Source: Ramazzottius varieornatus | Taxonomy: Eukaryota > Animalia > Tardigrada | Assembly (NCBI GenBank): GCA_001949185.1 | Contig: BDGG01000015.1 | Coordinates: 563,036 to 627,035 of the forward strand | DNA length: 64,000 bases | Direction of reading: 5' to 3' | In this document: positions 1 to 12,030 of the stretch, one piece after another | Layout: the number at the start of each line of letters is the position of its first letter | Numbering within the stretch: position 1 is the first letter of the stretch | Notes under the pieces: model-generated | What the model was told of the DNA's origin: nothing | Database searches by the model: none | What the model saw: only the letters and a program-made list of their open reading frames with translations | Translations under genes and position numbers: made by a program

Positions 1-1
1 C

Positions 2-1078
2 ATGGGTCCGCGCGCCTTCGACTTTCGCCCTAACGGCAACACAGACTTTGCCGCCAGCCAGACCGACCCTGTCGCCACCTACAACCGACCTCTCTATCCT
101 TCGCCCCGACAGGACAGCGGAGTATACCGTGGTTACGACCTGATGGTCCCCCAGTTCAGGCGACCGGACATGGCCGGACCTGGTCCAGAACCTTATGCAG
201 CGCAGTTCCCCTTCGCTAGCTCGGAGAGTGGCCTCTATGCCGGACCGGAACCAAGCCCCAAAGCAGCTCTGGCTTATCCTAAGCCCTTGAAAGCTATCGT
301 TGTCTTGACCAGCCAGTTTGGCATCACCGGCATCTTTAACTTCTCGCAGACTGCCGTCGATCAGCCAGTGGAGATTATCGGCAGAGTCAACGGCTTGCGA
401 CCCGGTCAGTTGAAAAAAACACGAGAGCCCAAAATTCAGGAAGAAAAAAAGACTGTACTTCCTTAATAATTTAGAAGAAAAAAAGATTTTACCACATTGC
501 TTTAATATCTTCTCTATGTCAGGAAATTTCTGTCCAGGGGGGGGGGGGGGCGAAGTGAATTTGATGATCAGAAGTACCAGCAGTGCCAACCATTGTTCTA
601 GGGGATTTGAACGGTTGAATTGAACAGTTCGTTTTTAGGTGATCACGGTATTCACATTCATTCGTTCGGCGACCTGAGTCGCGGATGCGAAACTGCTGGT
701 CCACACTTCAACCCGGAAGGAAACCACCACGGTTCGCCAGATGATGTGCAATACCAGGCTCACGCCGGCGACCTCGGAAACATCTACGTTCCTGGTCAGT
801 ACAATATTTCCACTTTTCTTGGCATGGCAAAGAGGGATGTTTTCAGAGCTTCACACGCGACGTGTTTGGTTTTTTTTCCAGATTACGGCGCCGCTGACTT
901 TTCCATCACCACACCGTTGATCTCGCTTTACCCGCCAGCACCGACGTTGGTCGTCGGACGTACCTTGGTAATCCACGAGAAGCCCGACGATCTCGGACGT
1001 GGTGGCGACCAGACAAGTCGCGAAACTGGAAACTCCGGCGCTAGATTAGCTTGTGGTATTATCGGAGTCTCTCACTAA
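2..1078 (+). CDS. Cu/Zn superoxide dismutase with Pro/Tyr-rich N-terminal extension; exons 2-404, 639-794, 882-1078; may begin upstream of the window
   Basis: Spliced product has HGIHIH, CETAGPHFNP, HHG, AHAGDLGNI, VIHEKPDDLG and GARLACGII, i.e. all Cu/Zn ligands, the catalytic Arg and both Cys; two GT-AG introns join in frame. Confidence 0.92.
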
Positions 1079-1101
1079 AACTGATCACCCTGTACTAAAA
1101 T

Positions 1102-1224
1102 GGGAGCTCGGCAAACAAACTGGACAGCATCGTTTCTCCCAAGTGGCGCACGCTCTCAGCCAGACAACCTGCAAACATGCGCTACTTGACAAAGCAATCT
1201 CGTCGAGTTGTTTGTCAAGCTCCC
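1102..1224. mobile_element. Palindromic MITE-like element, family A (one cassette), just 3' of the SOD stop
   Basis: GGGAGCTCGGCAAACAAAC...TTGTTTGTCAAGCTCCC ends around a CAAGTGGCGCAC...ATGCGCTACTTG cassette. Confidence 0.8.
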
Positions 1225-1609
1225 GACCAATGCCCGCTCGAGCTGATGGGCAACTTTGCTCAAGACTGTGTTTGCTAAAATACCTTTTGTCCGTTACTTT
1301 ATACACACATTCTTCATAGCAGCCAAGTAAAAGATAAAAAACAAATTTCCATAAAACATATCCTCATCGTCCGAGAAACAACGCCGTAAACAGTGAATAT
1401 TTAAATTACGAAGGGAAAAAAAGAAGAACAAGGCAAATAAAAAAGAGAAAACAAATGAAAAAACCTATGCCGAGATCTGTCTTCGTACAACCTTCCGTTC
1501 CATCCATTTTCCCATCTATCTGGTCGATACAAACAACAGACAAAAAGAAAAACACATTTGCATTCAAACGTCTTCAAAATCAAGAGCAGAAAAATCAAGT
1601 TTCCTTCCT

Positions 1610-4600
1610 TTATCCCAGAATACTGTTGACAGCTTCATCCAGTGCGCTGTCCGGTTCACCATTCTCGTACATGTTCCCTGAGTGAATCGCAACGCCACTT
1701 CCGCTGCTACCACCACCAAAGCTATGGAGACTGTTGAGATTATTGTACAAGCTATACTCTTCAGACGCAAAGGCGGAAGACGGAAAAGGCAGACCGCCAT
1801 TGGCGCTGATCACCGGTTGCTGAGCTGAGCTGCCGCCCTGATCGGCCACTATACCAAACTGTGCCGACCGCCCCTCACCCCTGTGCTTCAGGGTTTCCCC
1901 AAAAGCTTGCGGGATATTTTTCAAGGGGCCATTTTCATCAGAGCCAAATTGTAAAATACTGTCAACCGCGCTTCTCATCAAGTCTTCCGGACCACTCTCA
2001 CTACTCTTTCCTCCCACTACCCACTTATTCGCCGACATTTTCAGCTTAATCTTAAGGTTTTTCTTTGGAAGGTTCTCAGGAGGCACAGGACTGATGGTGG
2101 AAGCGCGCTTGATGACCAGCTTGAGTCGACCGGCTTCCGGTCGAAGGACACTGGTGGTGGGTTTTGGAGGTTCCGCTTTGGTCTCGACGGGAAGCGGAGG
2201 AGGAGGAGGAGGAGGGGGAGGGGGAGGAGGTTCGGGTGTGGAGAGTGGAGTTGGCTCATCGGGGAAGCCTTCCAGGAAGCGCCCGTTATAGAAGGGCACT
2301 TTGGCTTCAAGCTTGAAGTCCGAGTAGACCCATAAGGGAGGCCTGACGTCCAGACCTTCGGCTGCCATGGCTTTCTCTGCTTCGAACTCTTCGCGCTCAG
2401 AGTCCAACCAGGTACTGAGACAGGTTAGGGTGTCCAACCTAGGCACCGGATCCTAGAAAGCATGACATCCCTGAAAACCCTTCATCCAAATATCAAAACT
2501 TCTGAGATGGAAGCTCGGCAAAGAAACTCGACAAGTTTCTTTTCACAAGCGGCGCACGTTCTCAGCGTTACTTGCTGGAATAGTGCGCCACTTAGACAAA
2601 CAATCTTGTCCAGTCTGATTACTTCGCCAAGTGGTCCGTGTTTTCAGACCTTTTGGCAGAAAAAGAGTGTTCCACTTGAAAAACGATCTTGTCGAATTTG
2701 TTTACTAAACTGCATTGATTTAGGAATACAGTAATTCAAAAGCGAAAACTCGTCCGTCATTTGGGCTCGCGTAAAAGCTGGCAAGCACCAGGTCGAACTT
2801 TCGAAAACTCGTTGTAAGACTTACGGAAGCTTCGGATATTAACTGGTCCGTAAATCGGCAGTACAGCTTGCTTTCCCGTTCGAGCAAGCCTTCCGCGACA
2901 CACCGGAAAGCTGCCTCCTCTGCAAAAGCACAAGGATACACGCTGAGAATCTAGAAACCACTACTGTGTGCCAAGAAAAACAACCAACCTCGTCGTGCGA
3001 TATCGGGATCTTCTTCGGGTTCGTCCAGCAGGTGAAAAGGTAACAGCTTATTGGTCGAGTTGATCTGGCCCTTGAAAGCCGTCCGCATATCCAGCTTCTC
3101 CAGCGTCTTGAAGTCTTTGGCCATCCTCTCGGCGAGATCAGTCTTCTTCCTGGTTGGTTTTGGTGGAGGAAGTGCTGGTTTCGGCGGCGAGGGAGCTACT
3201 ACAGGGACAAGAGTCGGTGTAGGTGCTACTTTCTTCTTCGCTTTCTTGGCAGATTCTTTGGTAGCCGACGAAGAACGCTTGGACAAAGGCTGTGGCGGCG
3301 ACGGCGTCGTAGACGTCGAGGAGGCTAGCGAACTCACAAAAGCTATGTCCGGAGTCACTTCTGGAAAATAAACGAAACTGCTTTCAAAACTTCGCAACAG
3401 CAGATTCGAGCCAGGGCTGTGCCAAAGTTGGACTGACAGGGCCGTGCCTCGTTCAAATTATTAACAGGATTTCTCGGGTTTTGTTATTTTCTGCTATCCT
3501 TATCTTACCTGATTTAAGTTGTGGTGGCGGTTGATACTGGAAGGTCGAAGGAAGGAGCTGTGCTTGAGGAAGACCGGTTTGGTAGCCTGTAGTGATGGTG
3601 GAGGAAGTGTTCGAAGGCTGGAGACCGAAGGTCTCGGAAGACGGAAGAAGGTTCGTAGGGTCCACATTGCGACTCTTTTCTTCCGCGTAAGTTCTGAGAA
3701 TGTCCTCCACTTTCTAGCAATCCAGAAGAACGTTACCTTTTGTGAAAATCAAATCAGATCAGACGTTCGTCTGTTACCTTCTTGACAACGGTGTTGTCTT
3801 TCTTCGGTCGTTTCTTCTTCTCGATCGTCCCAGTCACCGGCACTATGTCCGGCTTGATGTGACTGCTCGAAGCTCCTAGAATACTCTGCAAGTCGTTTAG
3901 AAGCTGACTGGCTTCCGACGCGGTGTTGTTCGTCGAAAAGGAGGAAGTGTTGGTCGAAGGGAACGTAAGGAACTCTTCCAGGTTGAACTCTGGTTCGGCT
4001 GGCTTCTCTGGTTGAGTCTGCTGCTGGACAGGTTGTGAAGAGAACCCTAAGGAAGGTTGTTGAGCCGACTGAGCAACCTGCGAGACACTCACGACGTTCG
4101 CTGCGGAAGACAAGAAGGAAGTCTGCAACGGCTGCGTTTGCTGTTGAAGTTGCTGAACAGACTGTCTGTTGTTACTTCCGCCAAACTGAGCGTTCTGTGA
4201 AAAGCCGCTAGTGAGGATGCTTCCTTGTTGTGTTTGTTGGGGGTTCTGCAGGTGGAACTGTTGTGGAGCTCGAACAAAGCTGTTCAAGTTGATCTGTTGC
4301 TGTTGATTGTTGGTTGTTGTCTGATTGTTGATTAATTGAGGCTGCTGTAGTTGGAATGCAGGTTGATCGCCGAAGAACGCTAAAGTCATCGGGCCGTTGT
4401 TCGTCTGGATGGTCTGAAGGCGCACCTGGACGGTCCCTGAAGGTGCAGAGGGACCCGAAGGACGTACCTGCGACTGAGGAAGCGCCATGACATGGTTAGT
4501 GTTGGAGGAAGGACCGTTGAGAACGAACGTCTGTTGCGGACCGTTGGTCATCACAGGCTGTGCTGACTGTACAGTCAAGGCCGTGCCCTGCTTCAAATCA

Positions 4601-5353
4601 GTTTGATTGGTTTGTTGGACAGTAACGACCTGTTGAGTGTTCGTCTGGTTATTTTGGCCAAGTCCGTTTACAGAAGTGCTCTGTTGGTTAGTCGGGACAG
4701 TCTGAGCCATCGTTAGGAGCTGCTTTTGACCAGAAGAAGGTTTAGGAAGAAGGACCCGGTTGAGAGGACGGGGAGAGTTGAGGCCATTGAGGGAAGCTGC
4801 TTGGACTTGGTTGACGTTCACCTGTGCTTGCTGCAGGAAGTTGACAGGAATACTGTTCATCATCGGCTGTGCGGTGGTGGTGAAGACGGTTTGGAACACC
4901 GGAGACGGGTTGGAAGATACCCCGACGGGCATCGGAGGAGTCTTTGCGGAAGGTTTAGCACGACTCCGAGGCTTTGCGGGAGGATCGGAAGGTTTCCGTC
5001 GAGGTGGACGAGGCTTCGCTGGTGTTGGTGCCTTCTGCGGCTTCTTATCCGCTGCTTGGACCGCCGACACCTTGTCAGGCTCCTTAGAAGTGGGCTCGAC
5101 GATTTGCACGTCGCTAACGTCGGAGGACAAGGAGACGGGAGGAGTAATCTTGTCCGATTCGCTGCAAAGTGGGAAGTCAGATTTGGGCCAAGGCTATGCA
5201 AGACAGGGCCGTGTCAAGTCGTGAACAAGGCCGTGCCGTGCATGATGTACCACTAGAGTGCTTGCCAATTTAACCCTGAAATTCCACTTGCCTGGTGTCG
5301 ATGTGCAGTTTCTCGTCATTTCTGGGTTCCGATTCCGACGATTCCATGAACAT
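1610..5353 (-). CDS. BICRA: BICRA/GLTSCR1-like protein (non-canonical BAF subunit), about 6 exons
   Basis: Long Q/S/T/P-rich N-terminus, then a GLTSCR1-like domain (LDMRTAF...KLLPFHL...EEAAFRCVAEGLLERESKLY..., WLDSEREEF) and C-terminal AVDSIL/EAVNSILG motifs. First exon 5292-5353 (ATG at 5353 or 5347) joins in frame through a GC-AG intron. Confidence 0.75.
2509..2712. mobile_element. Family A element in BICRA-like intron
   Basis: GGAAGCTCGGCAAAGAAACTCGACAAG end; two degenerate cassettes. Confidence 0.7.
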
Positions 5354-6506
5354 GCAGGTTTACAGAGATGAAACGACAAGGAGAGTTCCAAATTATCGCA
5401 GTCTGAAATAGAGAAACATCCAGTTTGAAGAGATCCATCTAAGCATGATAACGACAGCATAGCGTTCGATGTAATTGGATTCAATCCCGATATGGAAATA
5501 CAACTTTTCGGATAACCTGGGAAGGCCCAGAGTCCCTGATGGATGGAGTAACAAACGTAAACAAAAACTACACACGAGACTCGCGCCTCATTGAATAAAA
5601 ACAGCGATTGGAAACCTTTGATTGCTGTTGAATAAACAACAAGGGTTGAATGAACAAGCCATTTTGCTACAGCTGATTACGCAAGCTGCGGTATGCTCCA
5701 CCGTATCGACTTACTTCCTGGCGGTATGGTAGGCCATTGGGCAACGTTAGTACGAGATCTCTTGCAGGCGGAACGGACCATACCGTACCGTGCCTTCCTA
5801 CCGTGAACCCGATACCGATCTTAAGGGCCAAAGCAAACCGCAAGTCTTCTGTTCTGTCTGTTCTCTATCTCGCACATGTTATGCTGTGAATTTTATGGCA
5901 GGGCACGTGGTTGTTTTGCACACGAAATAAGGAAAATTATACGTACGCGACATGGAGCAGAACCCGGTTTTTGGGAACTTTACCGTTTTCCAACCCGCCC
6001 AAATTTGCAGAATCCAAAGCTCCCAAAGTCCATGAAGCCGGTACGAAAGGCCGCAAACGCGATAAAATCCAAAACAGAGCGTATTCCTCCACAGCAGGCC
6101 GCGAAGAGAAATCCAAGGTTGAAAATGCGCAGAATGAAACGAGCAGGCCACCCCCTCCCCTGTACGTACGATCCAATGGTGGGTCCATTGCTCCATTGCG
6201 GAAACCAGCTTTGACGTCAGCACGTGTAAATGTACGAGCGGAACGGACGGCCGAGGTTCCGCAACGCTGCCGAAGCCGCGCCTGATTTGACTTTAGAGCT
6301 TTGTTGACCACAAGGCTATATAACGAGCGGTGCCGTTGTTTCATAGTGTCTACTACGTACTGCGCCCTCTTCCTACTCGTATCCCACTGTAGTTGATTGT
6401 CCGCAGAACTTGATTGAGCTGATTAATTCGGAAATGCGTCAAATGGCTCAAAAGTAATAAAGATCTTGCCAACTTCCAAACTCAACGTTTAGCGGAAGCA
6501 TCACCA

Positions 6507-8278
6507 ATGCAGAATCCACGACATGAACTGGAGGTGTGGAGAGGAGATTGGCAGCTTCTGTCCATCGATCCCGAGTGCCTGCGAGCCGCCGTAAGTGGGA
6601 TGTCAAAGCTGGATCATGTTCGCGCAGTAACTTTGTTTCCCTTTTCACTCTTCAGGCATATGTCCGGCTTTCCGGCGCACCAGTCAGCATTGTCCAGAAC
6701 GCGGAACCTTGGAGCATAGTCAGCGGAGCCTATCCCGTTCTACGCGGAGAGAATAAAAGCCAGATCAGCGGAGCAGACGCGATCGTAAAGCGACTGCGAA
6801 GTGATGTATGCTTAACTTCCGGTCATCCAAAAGCGAATGTTTTGAGATGTAAGATGTTCCCTTGTTTTACAGGGATTCCGGTGTCCACATGAAGCTAACC
6901 AAATGACGACGTATGAAGAAGCCGATGCTTACGCGCTGGAAGGCTACATCAAGTCATCCTTGTCCCCTCTTTTGGTACATTGAGTAATGCTTCAGTTAAG
7001 AGACGCACTACGTCATTTCCGGTGTGGCTTATCGTGAAGGAGTCTTGACGTATTGCGTCACTTTATCGGATAGTGTATTGTTATGTCGCGTAGTTGTATG
7101 GTTTCTCCTTGCTTCGTCTTCATGTCTGTGACTGGCCCTCTAGGATTACCTCTGGTGGGCTGACGAGGAGTTCTTCCAGAAAGTCGCGCAACCGTGGTAC
7201 ACAAAAGAACTGTCCCTGTATGGTCAGTTCGTGTGGACGAATCGACAGAAGAAGCGCATGTTGAATCGCTTCATGATGACACCAGACGCCCAAATTTCCG
7301 AAGCGAAAGTGAAGCTATTCCGCAAACAGGTGTCATTAGACAGAAGTCCGTTTTGAAGTTCAGGTCTATTTTATAAGTATTTTACGATCGCCAGACTGTT
7401 CAAAAGGCAAGGAGGTGCCTCGAAGATCTGTCAGTGAAGCTTTCCGACAAGACTTTCCTCTTCGGCCTGCAGCCTTCTGCCCTAGATGCGTGTGCCTTCG
7501 CCTACCTGGCACCTCTTTTCTACATCCCGTGGAAAAGTAAAGAAATCAGAAAGGAACTCTTCATGGATAACCTCGACAAATTCAAGAATCTGAAACTTTA
7601 CGTCGACCGATTCAGGAAACGTTTCATGGAAGGTAACTGAGTGCTTCACTTTTCGCTCTACGAGTATGAGAACTAGATAATATGCAGCAGCTCTTTTCTG
7701 CTTTTAGGTTCGGCTATTTCGAGTGTCCGGCTTGTGCAGAGGCCTGTTCGGTGGTACCACCGAGCTCTGGAACAAATACAAAAGCAGCAGGACATTCTTC
7801 TTTTCGCGACGTTTGCCATTGCCGTGAATGTCTATCTGCTCAGGAGGACTGTCCGACGACTTCGTGTATGAGTATGCCAAATGGGAGCTCGACAAGCAGA
7901 CCCAACAAGATCGGTTTTTCAAGTGGCGCACCCTTACAGCCAACAACACCAGAGTCGTGCGCCACTCGGGAAAACAAACCCGACAAGATCGCTTTCCCAG
8001 GTGGCGCACACTCTGTAGCCACCAACATCGAAGAGGTGCGCCACTTGAGCAAGTATTCTTGTCGAGTTTGTTTGCCGAGCTCCTAAATGAAGACTCCTGA
8101 AAAATTATCAACTAGAACCGTAAGCTTCTGTGCCTCGCTATGTGCACGAACGGTTGTTCTGTTTTTGCAGTTCAGTTGGCCGGCCTTCGAGAATCACGCC
8201 CGGCAAAAGGTGCAAGACTCGTACGCCGAGATGGCGAAGAACCTGGGGATGAAGGCCGAAATGCAACCCGGGGCTTGA
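6507..8278 (+). CDS. MTX1: Metaxin-1/3-like mitochondrial outer membrane protein, about 7 exons
   Basis: ELEVWRGDWQLLSIDPECL, YVRLSGAPV...PWSIVSGAYPVLR, LSDKTFLFGLQPSALDACAFAYLAPL and a C-terminal TM segment ILLFATFAIAVNVYLL. Confidence 0.88.
7883..8083. mobile_element. Family A element (two cassettes) in last metaxin intron
   Basis: GGGAGCTCGACAAGC...GTTTGTTTGCCGAGCTCC; cassette loops of 25 and 26 nt. Confidence 0.85.
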
Positions 8279-9095
8279 ACTTGTTGTGTCAGTTAACTTT
8301 GCTTTGCTGTGATTCCAACTATGATACTTTGAGGAGCCTTTCCGATTCTGGGTGATTTTATTGTTGATGGGTTGAGAGTGAGAAAAATTCTGCTCAGTGC
8401 AAATCGTTGTTAACGGACATCAAAACTACACAATATGAAAAACTAATAACGAAGTCGTTTCGGTGAATTTTATCTACATGCATAGTTAATAGGTAATAAT
8501 TATTGAGTATAGTCTTGTATCGCTCATTGGTGACTTTTTCAGCAATTGAGATGTACGACACTGATCACCGCGAGTTCGGCAGCATGCGTAGGGAGTTAGT
8601 CTTCGTGCAAGGGCTAACCACCTAGGAAGAGTGCGCAAGACAGATTCCCGTCGTACACTGGACCAAAAGTTTTGATTGGATTCCAGATTGGACCGCATCG
8701 GCTCTTCGGGGCTGGGCGGTGCAGGCGTGGCAGTTTAGATGGAGTGCGCAGAAGGACAGGCACATCCTGTGTGATCGGTGTAGAACAGGTTGTTGCGCAG
8801 GGGCATTGTGAAGGTCAGAGAGATCTTTGTCTCGTTGACAGGAGCCAGCTTCATGCCGGACCGACCACATTGTGAAGTTCCGGAGTGGCTGGAGAAACCG
8901 TAACGGCGCTGCATCATCCAGAGGAAATGCGAACTGATTTGGGTTGCTGTAAGTTGGCGTGTCCGCCTGAAACGACAGCTACAGGTTAGCTCTTTTAACA
9001 CACAAGTCCGTCGAAAACGCTACTTTGGAACATAGGTATTTTATGCAATCTCAGCTCATTCCGAGTTTGGATAATAACGCTTTTGCGAGGTACAC

Positions 9096-10715
9096 GGGAC
9101 GTCGGCAAACGATTTCAGCCTGATCGTTATCGCAAGTGGCGCAAGTTTTTATGGTTGCTGGCTGCAAGCGTGCGTCACTTGGGAAACCTAAATCTCTTGT
9201 TTGCCCACCAGGCCCTTTTCCTGCTCAAGAACTGCCTTTGCCTGCCCAAGTTGCTGTACATTCTCCGGTGCTCTCCAGTATGGAAAGTCCCTGCATTGAA
9301 CCGCGAGTTCGACGAAGTGGTTCGGTCGAGCCTGTCGGAGATTACCAACACTGGGATGAGTTCCGGTCCATGGCGGCAATCAACACTGCCTGTCGGTTTG
9401 GGTGGATTAGGCATCCGTCGTACGGAAGACGTCGCGCTCCCTGCCTTCTTGGCTTCGCTTCATTCTGTACAGCAACTGGTGCTGAGTATCCTGCCTGGAA
9501 CCGACTTGCATGGTGAAGCAAACCTCGCTCTCTCCAAATGGAGCCTCCTCTCCACAGCTGAGCCTCCTGTTCCCGAGCTGCGCCGCCAGCAGAAAGCCTG
9601 GGACATGCCTTTGCTAAAAGAAATACACGAGCAGCTAGTAAGTACTGCTGCGGATAATGATAAAGCGCGACTTCTTGCAGTTTCAGATAAGAACTCAGGC
9701 TCCTGGCTCCATGCGCTGCCGTCATTCTCGTTGGGAAACCTGCTCGACAACAACGCTCTACGGATTAGTATTGGTTTGCGTCTTGGTGCCAAGCTATGCC
9801 GTCCCCACGAGTGTCGATGTGGCGCCAGCGTGGATGAGTTTGGCCAACACGGGTTGAGCTGCAAGTTCAGTGGGGGGGGNNNNNNNNNNNNNNNNNNNNN
9901 NNNNNNNNNNNNNNNNNNNNNNNNNNNNNNNNNNNNNNNNNNNNNNNNNNNNNNNNNNNNNNNNNNNNNNNNNNNNNNNNNNNNNNNNNNNNNNNNNNNN
10001 NNNNNNNNNNNNNNNNNNNNNNNNNNNNNNNNNNNNNNNNNNNNNNNNTGGGGGGGGGGGGCGTCACAGTCGTCACAGTGCGCTCAACGAGTCCCTGAAA
10101 CGCGCGTTGACAACAGCCCAAATTCCTGCAGTTCTCGAACCACCCGGGATCTTTAGAAAGGACAAAAGACGGCCAGATGGAATGACTTAAGTCCCTTGGA
10201 AGAATGGTAAGGAGCTTGTATGGGACGTCACAGTTGTGGATACACAGGCTTTGACAAACTTTGCAATGTCAACGGCGAAAGCTGGATCAGCTGCTGACGC
10301 CCCCGAGAAGAGAAAGATCACGAAGTACGAGGACATCGGAAGCCAATTTGAGTTCTGCCCTGTCGGACTGGAGACCCTTGGACCTTGGAGTCCTTCCGCG
10401 ACAGCGCTGTTCGAAGCTGTAGGAAGAAAGATGGCGGAAGTAACGGGCGAGCCGAGGTCATTTCAGTTTTTTGAGCAGCGAGTGTCCATAGATATTCAAC
10501 GTGGTAATTGCTATTCTGTTCTGACTACTGTTAAAGATACGAAAGGGTCTTGATGAAGTTTTTTATGCTTTAGATGTCAAAAAGGGAAAATCCGTGTAGC
10601 GTTTTTGTTAATTTTGTATCGCTGCTTCCTCATATTTTGAGTATAGATTATTGTCTTCAAATAAAGATATTATGCTTGGGAAAGGGATCGGGGTGAACTC
10701 ATTTGTCGACGTCCC
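9096..10715. mobile_element. Family A element split by a retrotransposon (halves 9096-9186 and 10675-10715)
   Basis: GGGACGTCGGCAAACGA at 9096 pairs with TCATTTGTCGACGTCCC ending at 10715. Confidence 0.75.
9187..10674 (+). mobile_element. 5'-truncated, inactive CRE-clade non-LTR retrotransposon (end of RT/thumb, CCHC finger, restriction-like endonuclease)
   Basis: LPKLLYILR, QSTLPVGLGGLGIR, SGSWLHALP, CRCG..VDEFGQHGLSC, RHSRH, RPDG, WDVTVVDT, EKRKITKY, PVGLETLG, IQRGN; in-frame TAA at about 10188; AATAAA near the 3' end; CTTGGGAAA duplicated on both sides. Confidence 0.88.
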
Positions 10716-11850
10716 CTACAAATTTTATCGAATGTTACATAATACTTCCATACTTTTAATTTTGGGAACTATCCTTAGAATAGGTGTGAAGCCAACTGAC
10801 CAAGGCAGCCTCCGTAACCGTCACCTCAGACGTTAGCACTGGCACAGACAGTCTGGTAAAGTTGTCTATTTTAGAAGACACGCACCTAGCTCCGTCCTTG
10901 ATGGGTGTTCGACCATCGTACTCTTCGAAACTTGGTTCTCGCTGGAAGATCTCCGGTCAGATGAGCAAGACGGACGGTTTGATGACAGGGAGAGTGGGCA
11001 CCACAGCTGGACGAGACGGTTGTTCAGGTCCTTCGACGTAGATCTTGGTCGCGTTAACCGAAGTGTAAACGGTGAACATTACATTGTCATCAGTGGCTAA
11101 GCTTCCGCGAAGATGATTTTCCAGGTACTCTCCAGAGCTGATGATGGTCAACGCAAAGGTACACAACAGATTAGTGACGACCAACTCGCACAGGCTGTGG
11201 TAGATGTGATACTGGCGCTGGGGGGAAGGAGACTCTTCGGGAAGAGTAACTCAAAGTAGACTTTGGTGGGAGAGATGACCGTCACGTTGAGAAATGGTAG
11301 TGCCGCAACACCCATCTGCTTCCAGACAAGCCTTTTAATACCAAAGTGGATCAGTCATCAGTCCAACGATGATCAGCAAAATACCTGCGACAAAACTACG
11401 CCAAACAGGAGGGCTATTGGTCATGAATTTCCGATATCCTTCTTTTTGTCGGAAAGTGTGACGGACTCTGCGCCGATCTTCATGATGTTGACATCAGAGC
11501 TCTGTCCGATTAGCGTTGACGGATGATCGAATACTCGCTTAACAAATAGCAGGAAAAAAGTAAAGTCAAAAGAATTCGACTGCTGCACTTCGGCTTTCCA
11601 AATTCAAGCAGAAGACACAACGTACGAAACGGATCCTGGTTTGCGCAAACTCGTGCCTCGAGGTCCTATTCTACTGATCTTCAAAGTGTATGGATTTTCA
11701 GTACAGACCAAGGTCCTCGGTCCGCTTCCTTGTGAGAAGTGGAGGGACTTATATCGACCAACCGACTTATACGAATTTTCTATATGGGGATAAAACTTCG
11801 TGGTGTCGAAAACACGGTGGTTGGTGGAAAACACAGTGACTTAGACACGT

Positions 11851-11962
11851 GGAAGCTCGGCGAACAAACGCGACAAGATTGTTTTCCCAAGCGGCGCCCA
11901 TTGCCGGTGCTACGGGCTCACTTCGTACGCCACCTGGAAAACCATCTTGTCGAGTTTGATTC
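11851..11962. mobile_element. Family A element downstream of DCTN2
   Basis: GGAAGCTCGGCGAACAAACGCGACAAG...CATCTTGTCGAGTTTG. Confidence 0.7.
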
Positions 11963-12030
11963 TTGAAACGGTTAGTGAGACGAGATGTTAAAAGGTAAAA
12001 AACAGATCACGAACAGGGATAAGATACAAA

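Larger units (their letters stand above)
8600..11315 (-). pseudogene. Probable decayed multi-exon gene of unknown family that hosts the retroelement in an intron
   Basis: Exon-like segments with splice signals (MGVAALPFLNVTVISPTKVYFEL; SVNATKIYVEGP; PVNETKISLTF) interrupted by in-frame stops, e.g. TGA at 10957-10959. Confidence 0.3.

Noticed and set aside
537-549. G homopolymer in the SOD intron
   Set aside because: Simple run with no further evidence of function
7883-8083. Family A repeat-loop-repeat layout as a CRISPR-like array
   Set aside because: Arms are inverted rather than direct, loops derive from one consensus, there are at most three units, and the context is eukaryotic without cas genes
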